Source of the DNA: Octopus vulgaris
Lineage: Eukaryota
Direction: 5' to 3'
Assembly (NCBI GenBank): GCA_951406725.2
Contig: OX597815.1
Location: forward strand, 70,184,001 to 70,248,000
Length of the DNA stretch: 64,000 nt
Below are positions 52,866-64,000 of the stretch, piece by piece. Each line of letters starts with the position of its first letter. Position 1 is the first letter of the stretch. The notes under the pieces were generated by a model that worked only from the letters and a program-made list of their open reading frames with translations, was not told the origin of the DNA and did not search any database. The position numbers were made by a program, and so were the translations under genes.

Positions 52866-52910
52866 CACACGCTGATGACGGGTCAGTATTCAGAAACTCG
52901 GGTCCGTGTG
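52866..52910 (+). ncRNA. Type I (minimal, Penelope-style) hammerhead ribozyme
   Basis: CACACG-CTGATGA-CGGGT(CAGT)ATTCA-GAAA-C(TCGG)G-TC-CGTGTG: 6-bp stem I, intact core boxes, GUC triplet with predicted cut after 52904; the first stem II pair is a C-A mismatch. Confidence 0.75.
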
Positions 52911-54889
52911 TATCGCGTCAGGCTGGAGATGGGAAAGATGACTTCCCTTTGCAAATATTATTTATTTATTTTTTTTTTGTACTTGTTTCAGTCATTTGAC
53001 TGCGGCCATGCTGGAGCACCGCCTTTTAGAGTGGTGAAATAGTACAGCAGGGATCACCACCTCCTGCCGGAGCCTCGTGGAGCTTTTAGGTGTTTTCGCT
53101 CAATAAACACACACAACGCCCGGTCTGGGAATCGAAACCGCGATCCTCCGACATTTTGATGACGAAACCTCAAAGTCACTGTTAGCATTTTTGTTGAAAA
53201 ATATTAAGCTTGTTTCCTAACCATGTGGTCTTAGGTTCAGTCCATCTGCACGTCACCTTGGGCAAATATTTTTCGTTACCTCTCTGAGTTGAAAGCCTTG
53301 TGAGTGAATTTAATAGACGGAAACTGAAAGGAGTCCATCTTTGTGTTGAGTTTGTCCCCATCACCGCTTGGTAAACTTGTCTTGGTTTGTTTACGTCCCA
53401 GTAATGTAGCGGTTGGGCAAAAAATTCCGGTATAATAAGTACCAGGCTTTAAAAATAAGTACAGGGCTCGATTTGTTCGAATAAACCCATCATGTTGATG
53501 CCCCAGTGACTGAAACAAATAAAAGAAAAGAAAATTAGACACATGTATGAAGGTGGGCGTTTGATTGCTTCCCTTCGATGTCTTCATGAATTACCTCTCT
53601 TGTATAATTTCTGATTGTCTAATTAAAATTGAAATTTAAAAACTATTCATTCAAGTAAAGACGATCACTCAACCCACTTCAGAGATCTATTTTTGTTGTT
53701 AGATATCCTAATATCTAAATGTAAGCTTCATGTCTATTTTTTTTTTTACCTGTAGGAGTTCTCTTTGTATAGATATAAGGTGTGTGCATACATTTGTAAA
53801 TATGTATATGTATTCATCCGTATGTATATTTATGCTTGTAGATATTCTATGGCCAGAGGCCTTGTTTCCAACCCTCACCTATTTCTAAGTAAGGTAATAT
53901 TTCCCTATGGCCAGACATGTTTACAAAGAAGATAATAAATGGACACTGCTTGTATGACAGTGATGCTCATCTACAAGCATTACATTATATCAAGACAAGG
54001 AAATAGTTAACAAACATACACACAAACATAATCTCCGTCTCATGCACGCACACACACACACACACATAGAGTGGTCTTCTTTCAGTTTCTGCTTATCAAA
54101 TCAAATCACAAGATCTTCATTGGCCCTGGGGCTAGAGTAGATACTTGCTTAAAGTCCACTCAGTGGGACTGAATTCCAAACTGTGTGACTAGAAAGCAAA
54201 CTTCTTTACCACAGAGCCATAAAGTATCCTCCCAATCCTTTCTGTCAAAGAGCGTAGGCTCAAAATGTTAAAGACTTTTCCATTCTTCCCGAGCATTAAG
54301 CAAATACACCTGCTTGTTGTTCCTTCACCTGTCTTCGTCTTTTGTTTCCTGTATGGAATGTCTTCAACCATGAAAGAAAAGTAGACCAGTTTTGGAATAT
54401 GGCATTTAAGAAATATATTATCTTTGTCATATTGCCTCCATCATCATTACCTCTGCTATCATTATTGTTCTCACCATCACATTATTGTTATTATCATCAT
54501 CATTTCTGTGCAATAATCTAAATCTGTATCGATATTGATATTCTTTGAGAAGAATGAAGTAATAAAAACAAAATTCCAACTGTTGTTTGGAAACTAGGTG
54601 ACAAAATCAGTTCACTGTGAAGGTACCACAATGTTGACATCAGCTTTATAAATATTAAAACAGAAAACAATCAAAACAAATGCTTACATTATCTCATTTT
54701 TTACCAAGTGACTTGGTAACATGACTTGGCATTAATTAATTTAGTGATTTGACGAGAACTTTTGTTTATTTTACATGACCGTGAACTGTGTCTAGATAAC
54801 ACAGTTTATCTAGACACTGAAGCTTTGTTTTCATATGTTTTGTTCATGCCACGTTAGTTTGTTCTTAATTGTTTCAACTTCTGTTTCAG

Positions 54890-54960
54890 CTTGCAATGAA
54901 ATGAAAGCCACAGAGAACAAAGATGAGGACAATAATATCGGCTCAAACCTGTCAAACTGA
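54890..54960 (+). CDS. KXD1: KXD1 terminal coding exon
   Basis: Pyrimidine tract plus tttcag acceptor; phase-1 join gives A-CNEMKATENKDEDNNIGSNLSN-TGA; short acidic tail; total CDS 393 nt. Confidence 0.7.
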
Positions 54961-57900
54961 ATATGAAACTGAGATGACACAGGACAGGTTGGGGGCCCAT
55001 TCAGCTCCCTCCAAATTAACTAAAGCGTCAAGCTGTGTATAGTTTAATATAAAGCAACTGTGATGTACCGAATGGTCATATTTGATGTATAGCTTCTGTC
55101 TTGTAGTGATTAGTATAATGGTCAATATGTCTTAAATTTCAGTAATTATTTGTCTCTCTTAACTGAGATTTCCAGAATATTCATTGGTCATTATGAAGGA
55201 TTCAGTCCCACTGTGTGGGTAACTGTCTTCTATTATAGCCCTGAGCTGACCAATGCTTTGTGAGTGAATTTAGTAGAGAAAAACTGTGAAAACCCGTCAT
55301 ATATATCATCATCGTTTAACATCCGTTCTCCATGCTAGCATGGGTTGGATGGTTCGACTGGGGATCTGGGAAGCCAGAAGGCTGCACCAGGCTCCAGTCT
55401 TATCTGGCAATGTTTCTACAGCTGGATGCCCTTCCTAACGCCAACCACTCCGTGAGTGTAGTGGGTGCTTTTTACGTGCCACCTGCACAGGTGCCAGGCG
55501 AGGCTGGCAACGGCCACGGTCGGATTGGTGTATTTTATGTGCCACCGGCACGGAAGCCAGTCGAGGCGGTGCTGGCATCGGCCACGAGTCGGATAGTGCT
55601 TTTTACGTACCACCAGACCAGGGATCCTGGCTGGTTCAATTCGATTTTGATTTTGATTTCGCTTGCCCCAACATGTCTTCGCAAGCATATATATATGACA
55701 GGTTTACACACATATATATGTAGTTGTGTGTGTTTATATGTCTTTGTGTTTGTCCCCCACATCACTTGACTGCTGGTGTTTATTTTTTTGCATTCCCGTA
55801 ACTAAGTGATTCAGCCAAAGAGATCAATAAGTACCAGATTTAAAAATGAATATTGGAGCTGATTTCATCAACTAAGCTCTTTGTGACACTACTCCAGCAT
55901 GGCCACATTCCAATGACTGACTGAAACAAGTAAACGGTAGAATATATTTTTTGCCAATACATGTTCAACCCGTTTGTTACCATATTTCTGCTAAACTAAC
56001 ACTGTCTGTGATTCAATTAATTTTGAAAATAATGAAGAATTTTGTAAAATATTTTGCCATTATTAATCTGGTATTTGGAACTTTAATTAACATGAAATTT
56101 TGAAATAAATTTTTCATTTAAATCACTTACAGAACCAGGAGGAGGTCTCAGGCGGGTTGATATTAAAACAGTTAAATTGAAGTTTTAAAGACTGAAACAG
56201 TTTGGTTGTCTAAAATCAACCCTCATGTATTGATTTTCTCACTCTACCCCCACCCCATTCCCACTCCAGATATTCAAATGAAGTTGCTTCATTCAGTCTT
56301 GTCTTGTAGAAATTAAAATATCATATTTGCTCCTTGTTAGCTTTATTGATGCCTTCATCATTTATGTTCAGAAATTTTTTTTTAAATGATGGACGCATTG
56401 AAATAGGGGGAAAAATGGAGTTTATTTACAAGTGTAGATATGACTGGGTGGTTAAGAAGCTCACTTTGCAATCATGTAGTTTCAGGTTCAGTTCTAATGC
56501 ACAGCACCTTGGATAAGTGTTTACTACAGCCCTGGATTGACCAATGCTTTGTGAATAAATTTGGTAGATGGAAACTGGATGGAAGCCTGTTATATATGTG
56601 TTTGTGTTTGCCTTCCATCACTTGACAACCAGTGTTGGTTTGGCAAAAGAGACCAATAGAATAAGTACCAAACTGTAAAAAAAGAAGTAAAATAAAAATA
56701 TGTACTGGTAATTATTTGTTCAACTAAACCCTTCAAGACAGTACCCCAGCATGGCCACAGTCCAATGACTAAAACAAAGGAAATGGACCCCCAAACATGA
56801 ATAAGAAATAGTCATTTTGAATACATCATGATCATTGTTTTAACATCCACTTTCCCAAACGTGCATGTTTCAAATGAGTGTCTGTCTGGCTGTAGAAAAT
56901 TTTGTCTCAGGGAACCTTGTCTGACACAAACAAACATGGAATAGTAGATGTTAAAACAACTATTATGGTGATGATGATATTCAAATTTCAAAAAGACCAT
57001 GCAAGCATGAAATAATAATTAAAAATTTTTTTTTAAAAAAGAAGAAAGACAAAAGAACATGTAAAATTATTTTTTAAAATATCAGTTACAAATGATGAGA
57101 AATTTTATTAACCATGTTGAACTTGGCAGGTTTTGAACTAAAAGTATAAAGCAAAACAAAATACCAACTCAAATACCCACACTCAAATAAGTCTACCAAA
57201 ATTACCTGATGAAAGCTGGAGGGTATATTCAGCCAAAACATGTTAACAATAAACAAGATGAGGACAAATATCCATCAAATGTAAATGATGTGAAATGCTT
57301 AGTGACGTTTCTCCCAGCTGATTACATTTTGATTTCAAATCCTTGTCGTGGTCAACTTTGCCTTTCATTCCACTCTTAGAAATGCTAGTCTTGTGTCTTT
57401 ATCAGAAACCATTATTAATGAAAAAAATAAAAAGCAGCAAGCTGGTAAAATCATAATGGTGTTGGAATAATACGTTTTGTGGTATTTGTTCTGGTAGGTT
57501 ACATTCTGAGTTCAAATTGTGCCAAGGTTAACTTTTATCCCTTAGAAGTGAATAAAATATAGTACTGGGGTTGTTTAAATTCTCAAATAGCTTCCCCTCA
57601 AAATTGCAAGCATTGTGCTAACATTTGAAGCCATTAATACTATTGTGAATATTGACTGTTGCAGCATGTAGACATGTTTTGCTATCTCTAACCTGGAGTT
57701 ATTACTAAGCATTATCAAATAAAAATAGTTTTGAAGTACTTGCTAAAAAGGATTTAACCGGTGGATGTCTAGCCACATTTTGGATGGGAGCAGACATGGT
57801 TTGTCTTTACAGACTTTACATTTTGCTTTCATATTTTGATAAACATTATCACAAAATATCTACAAAACAAAAACAAAAAACAAAAAAAAAAGCCAGAAAT

Positions 57901-58096
57901 AATACACTCTCATACAAAGGCGAAAAGACAGGACATAAACAAATTATACTACAGAATGAATATTTGGAACAGACAGAAAGAAATAATGAATATTTAATGG
58001 AAAAAGAAATTATTTCAAACAGTCTAACAAGTATTTTAAATGATAGTTATAACAACACTTGCACAAAGGCATATGTATTAATCAGGAAGAATAATA

Positions 58097-59258
58097 AGAG
58101 GTGCATTAAAAAAAAAAACAATTTTGTACATTTCACAAATTTTATTTAATCACCTTCAAAATACTTTCCTTAGTAGTTCACATACTTCTCCCAGCAGTTC
58201 TGCCACAGCTGGTAACACATCTGGAATGATATGGAGCTCTGCCGTCGCTTTTCTCATAATTTCCTTACTTGACTCAAACTGCTTCCCTTTCAGCATGGTT
58301 TTCATTTTGAGGAAGAGCCACAAGTATTGTGTTGTACTTGACCTGGAAAGTTTGGATTATGTGGGCAGAATGAGCAGGCACATTGTCGTTGTGAAGTTGC
58401 CAATTCTTCGCCACTCGCATGTCTGGCCACGTTCAACACAGCATCATGCAGGCGACATATAACCTCCTGGTAGTATTTCTTATTGATTGTCTAACCTTGT
58501 GAGTCAAAGAAACAGGTCAACATTATCTTCACATTGCTGCAAATCTGTCATGCATATTTTGACCTTATTGGGGACAGATGCTTCCATTGTGAGGACTGGA
58601 ACTTGGTTTCTGGGTCATAGCCATAAACCCATGTCTCATCACCAGTGATGATGGTTTTCGGGTTGCAGTGTAACATGTCCTGAGCGATTTCCATGCAGAT
58701 TTGCTTCTGTTCCACCAGCACTTTGGAGACGAAGCAATGAATTTCACCAACACTTTCTGCATGCACGAATCGTCCGTTAAAATGAAGTACACTGATCTTG
58801 TGCTTATTCCCACTTCATGAGCAATTCCCTGGATTGTTACACGACGGTCTCCAAGACTATTCGCCGAACCTTCTCAATCGACTCCTCGCTTTGGCTTGTG
58901 GATGGTCCACCTGCGCATTCATCGCTCACTGCGGTGCGGCTGTGTTTGAAGTGGTTGCACCTCCTTGAACTGAGTTTTGACCATTGCCTCATTGCCAAAA
59001 GCCTGCTGAATCTTCTGGATGGTTTGAGTTTGAGTATCACCAAAGTTTTGGCAATACTTGATGCAATATCTCTCTTCGATGTGTTCTGTCATCATGCGGA
59101 AGCAAAAATCCGGCGAGCTCGTACTACAGCCTACCAGCACGAAAAATTTTACGCATGTGCAGGAAGAGTAGTGTTACCTTCCACCCAAAGGATTTTGCCC
59201 ACACAGCATTAGTTTTGGCGATAAAAAATACAATCGGATACTTTTTGAACGCATCTCA
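58097..59258 (-). mobile_element. Decayed mariner transposon
   Basis: Fragments EERYCIKYCQNFGDTQTQTIQKIQQAFG, GGPSTS and IITGDETWVYGYDPETKFQSSQW; degenerate TIRs gag.tgc.tt.aaaa with TA flanks. Confidence 0.85.
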
Positions 59259-59349
59259 TAGTAGTCCTAGAGAAGCTAGTTTTACCTGTTGTTACACAGA
59301 TTTGTTTTAGATTTGACAAAATTTCTAGATATAAGACTCAATTTGTGCA

Positions 59350-60340
59350 AAACCACACGGTGTCTTTGTTCCAGGATCTAATCCAAAAGAGAACAGAGAA
59401 TAGTCTATCTGTGCATTAAGAAGGTTGGCAAAGATTTCCATCCTCCCTCCAACAGCTGGAAGTTCTCCACAATACATCAGGAGAAATTCTTTTTAGCATC
59501 ACGAGGCTTATGGAATCGTTTGCTGCATCTACTGGATTGAAGACAGCCAAAACACAGGCTGGAATAGTTAAACACTGCCACATACACTTGTGCCCCAGTA
59601 TTTGGGACAAAGGTATCAGTTAAAGCTATTGACAATGCTGACCCATGACTTACTGTCATTGTCACTTTTGTGTCACAGTATGGGCAAGTGGTTAGTGCAA
59701 GGATGACGAGTTGGGGTTGGGGCCACAATAGATTTGCAAGTCCTAATGACTTTTGAAAACCACAAGGTTGTACTCAGTCAAAGATACCGCAACAAATAAC
59801 TTGAGATTGATAATGTAGAGCTTAAAGTCTAGTTGTTATACATGCTGCTGTAAAAGCCACTTGAGAGTCCTTTGCCTTAAAGAGCTAGAAAAGCAGAACA
59901 ACAAAACAAGCAGTTCTCAGGTCCCTGAACACATTGGTATATTCCTAACCTGTTCTATCACAAAAATGTCAACAGGTACCTTTTGGATGCACTGGAAATC
60001 GTTAAGGAATAGTAGAAGGGAAGAGTTGTGTGGGTGCTCTCTTTGAGCCCAGCCACTGGCTTTCCACATGTGTATGGATGTGTAACCGTAAATGTTTTTC
60101 GTGTTCTTTCATACTAAAATTATATTGTCTTAGTTATTGTATTTATATGCATTTTATATCTTCCATGTTTTATTAATTTTTTATTCCGTTTATTGTATAA
60201 AATTCTCTTTTTCCTGCGTTTGTGTAAATTTGTTAACTAGCCCTACTTGTCATGTAAATGCTATGTCCATTAGCATGCATTGCATTTTATTGTATCTGTT
60301 TGAGCCCTTGTGGTTAATAAAGAAAAGATTGTTATTATTA
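59350..60340 (+). mobile_element. Probable LINE remnant ending in AATAAA and (TTA)n tail
   Basis: Coding-like fragments (VTFVSQYGQVVSARM) followed by a T-rich 3' UTR and tail; clade uncertain. Confidence 0.3.
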
Positions 60341-61729
60341 TTCTCATTCCTTTCGTTGGTCATTTTGTACAATTGCTTGCCAAACCATTTGCTGTGACCT
60401 AAAGCAAAAGAAGATAAATGAACTTATTATTAATGTGATTCTGAGTGGCTAACTAACACAGTCATTAGCACGCCAGACAAAATAGCGGCATTTCGTCTGT
60501 ATTTATGTTCTAAGTTCAAATTTCGCCACTTCCAATAAGTACCTGTTGAGTACTGAGTAGATGTAATCGACTATTTTGGGGCTTGTGCCTATAATAGAAA
60601 GGATTACGAAGGTGGTCAGCTAGCAGAATCATTAGCAAGTCAGACAAAATGCTTAGTGGCAATTTTTCCGGCCCTTTACGTTCTGAGTTCAAATTCCACC
60701 GAAGTTATTTTATTCAAGGTTTAGTCTTTGCTAAATTTACTCTAAGGCCTCTTGCTTCAAGACTTGTTTCAACGTCTTGAATTTCTTCAAATCTATCACA
60801 GTGTCTGCTAGGTGTTCCAGGATCTCCCATGGGTAGCCCGTCTTGAAGTCCTCTGAAATGGTTAGGGAAGAACCGAACCTTGGACACTGCACGTCAAATT
60901 GCCCCTGTACTCATTCCAAACTCTCCCCTTGCTGACTGCATCGCTATACATGGCTTACACCGCTCTCACAAGCATCCATCTAACTGTCGGGCTTTGTGCC
61001 TAGAGTAGAAAAGCATTCATCTAATTTTCTTAGAGACTAATAGACTACAGATTGTGGTACCTTATCATAAACCTCTAGATCAACAAATGCTAGATATAGA
61101 AGCTTACCCTTAGATAAAAACTTTACATGCAGTTATAAAGAGATAATCGGTAATACCCTGATCTGGCACAAATCCGAATTAAATCACATCTAAATTGTCC
61201 TAAATTTCCTCCATTGCTTAGTCCTTCAGTAGTTGGTTTTTTTCGTGAGCATCTCTTTTGATCCTGTAGCAGTTGGTAATTATGCTTCTATGCAAATCAT
61301 TAGGTGTAACACCACCTTGTATTCTATGGTTTATTGGGTGACTAATTTGAACTCAGTTTTGCCAGTCATTTTCAGCATCTCACTGGCTCTTTCTGCCTTC
61401 ATATCCTTAATGGACAGTATAAAAACAATGTATAAGACATGGTTGGGTGGATCCGAAGTTCCTTTCGAAAACATGGTTTCAGATTCTTTCACACTGCGCG
61501 GAACCTTGGGCGAGTGTTTTTTGCTATAGCCTCGGACCGACCAACACCCTGTAAGTCGATTAAATAGACGGAAGCAATATAGAAGTCCATCGTTTATATA
61601 TATATATAAATCTTTAGTTAAATATATTCAATGAGAATATTATATACTGAATTTATATTGAGTGCTCTATTGCATCAAAGTATTAATACTATTAAAGTAT
61701 TTATATATTTAATACGAGCGATTATATAT

Positions 61730-62460
61730 ATATATATATATATTAATATATTATTATTAATATTAGGAAATCAATATCAGAAAACTCCCCAGAAAGATAT
61801 ACACGTGTGAAAAATAATTGTTGTGTTAAAAATATATAAAATAAAAATAAAATTTGAATTTTGTATAACATATCGATTGGTAGTTTTTTTTATTGAAGTA
61901 ATACTATAAAATGGCGTTTGTTTGAAAGATAAATTAAAAATTGAAGACAGTAAAACGGATTTTACATATGAATAGTATGGATTATTGCAGAAGACTAATC
62001 AAGGAAGTATATATGGATTTAAATACTCTCATCAAAAGCAGTAATTTTTAATTTTTAATTTATCTTTCAAACAAACGCCATTTTATAGTATTACTTCAAA
62101 TTAAAAAAGCAAAAAACTACCATTCGATATGTTATACAAAATTCGAATTTTATATCTCTGAAGAGCAGAAGAGTTGTCTATAAATGCTTATCAATATAGG
62201 ATTTCATTATAGAGACAACAATTCTGTGAAACGATCGTAAGATGCTTTAAGTACTTGACTCAAAACTTTTAAACTGTCATATACATTATATATTTATACT
62301 TATACATATTTATATATATATATTTCTATACAAATTTATATTTATTTATTTATATATTTTAATACAACAATTAGTTTTCACACGTGTATATCTTTCTGAG
62401 GAGTTTTCTGATATTCATTTCCTATTATTAATAATAATATATTATTAATATATATATATA
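61730..62460. mobile_element. Nested foldback element in (TA)n, probably Penelope-derived, carrying a hammerhead
   Basis: Outer IR ~61730-61856 / 62331-62460; inner IR ~61851-61942 / 62050-62151; asymmetric insert 62152-62330 holds the ribozyme. Confidence 0.75.
62153..62244 (+). ncRNA. Type I hammerhead ribozyme with long stem II
   Basis: TATCT-CTGAAGA-GCAGAA..gttgtct....agacaac..TTCTGT-GAAA-C(GATC)G-TA-AGATG; palindromic ACGATCGT stem III; predicted cut after 62239. Confidence 0.75.
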
Positions 62461-62801
62461 ACACAAAGAAGAATGGAGAATGATACATTTTTAATTCATA
62501 ATCTATAATCCATAATTTGCTTATGAGCATTTCAGATGAACGTAAAACAATGTTACGTAAAACAATGATGCGTTCATTCTACTTTAATCGATCCATTTGG
62601 CCTGGTTGCTCTAAGGAGGATGTACAAGCATCGATATTCTAGATCTATGTAATACTATAGTCGATCAAATATAGATCGATTAAGTTGCATGATTTACACA
62701 TCATTGTATTACGTAACAATAGGTCATCTGAAACGTGCATAAGCAAATTATGATTGATAAATTATGAATTAAAATGTATAATTCTCCATTCTTCTTTGTG
62801 T
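62461..62801. repeat. Second ~340-bp foldback element
   Basis: acacaaagaagaatggagaat vs attctccattcttctttgtgt; internal arms (cataatttgcttatg, tttcagatga, gttacgtaa, taatcgatc) also pair. Confidence 0.9.
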
Positions 62802-64000
62802 TTTGTACTATACTCTGATATCTTCAAAAGCTAACTTTGGATCTACTAATGGAACAGGAGTACAAATGTAATTGTGTGGACTACGTGGTTTACAGCGGAT
62901 ATCACTCGTCGATCTAGTTAGTGTGTGTGTGCGTGCATGTGTGTGTGTGTGTACAATGTCACTTAACGTCTGCTCTCCATCTAGGTGAATAACATTGTAG
63001 TCGTATACACCAGTGGAACGAGCCACAAAATGACGAGGGTGATTTACATTTCCCTAGCTATAATCAGGGTTGGTTAGATTATCATGGTTTCGTTGCTCAT
63101 TGATAAAGAATCTCGAAACAGATGTAACGTCCTTTCAGCTACCAAAGACCCTCCTGTTCGGCTGAAACTACCGTCCGTTTTTGTTGATGTTAATACAAAG
63201 TCTGACGACTCTGTTTGACAACCCTACCAACATAATTTTTATGTCTTTACATGATAATTTTTGTTGATTTGAACTTTATAGTTTGGACCATCAAGTCGCA
63301 CCCTGGATTCTAAGATTTTTTAAGAATATCAAAGCAGTACCAATACCATTCAGTATTATAGATTATTTTACAGTCTTTTATGAAATAAGATAAACATTGT
63401 TAATTTAGATTTGTCAAGAAACATGTTGCTTAGCAACGCGCTGAAACAGGCTTTATGTATATATGTATATATATATATATATTATATTATATTATATTAT
63501 ATTGTTATTTTTAGTATATTGAGTTTCTCTAAGTAACACTTTCAAGATTGTTGCAGTGACACGCAATGGTCACACACTTACACACACACATGTTGCTATT
63601 GGCAATAATGCGATTCATCTGTAAAAATTATACAACTGCAATAGGTGCTAAATTCTCTATATTCAATATTTTCATTCTGGGACTACACATTTCAGATCTT
63701 CACAAAATAATTGAGACACAAAACAGACACCATATTCTGATAACAGGGTCTTTAAAAAAAATAATAAACAGAAAAATAAGAAGAACATTTTGTAAAAATA
63801 ATGATTTTCACTGATTCTGAATCTCTTGTCTAAAACAAAAATTCGAAAATTTTCTTCTTATAAAAATAAATGTGTTAGTGTTAACAGGGGGTGACATGAT
63901 CCGAAACTCCATCTTTTGATGTCAAGCAGACACGATATTCTCTGTCTTTCAATTATAATAAGTATACAAGGTGTATAGTTCTCAAAGGCATGTCCCGTCA

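Noticed and set aside
57784-58149. 121-aa K/N-rich ORF
   Set aside because: Low-complexity A-rich sequence running into a mariner end; no motif or splice support.

Overview
AT-rich, repeat-saturated eukaryotic (animal) DNA. The SINE/LINE and microsatellite landscape looks like a coleoid cephalopod (octopus); this is an inference from repeat recognition, not a database result. Almost all ORF-track entries are spurious. One protein-coding gene is well supported: KXD1 (KxDL-motif, BORC/BLOC-1-associated), on the + strand, with four coding exons (20246-20367, 42461-42613, 48235-48281, 54890-54960; 393 nt, 130 aa) spread over 34.7 kb with GT-AG introns. The rest is transposon debris: Penelope RT, R4/Dong and HERO 3' ends, RTE, CR1-like, mariner/Tc1 derivatives, TTAA MITEs, a Helentron-type element and several SINE families. 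The most striking hidden layer is structured RNA. Two near-intact minimal type I hammerhead ribozymes are present: one in the sense strand of KXD1 intron 3 (52866-52910) and one inside a long foldback element (62153-62244). There are also several decayed hammerhead cores, multiple long foldback hairpins, a twin-priming-type inverted RTE insertion and a possible antisense Ig-domain pseudogene in KXD1 intron 3. Repeat boundaries are approximate unless a TSD or TIR is stated.
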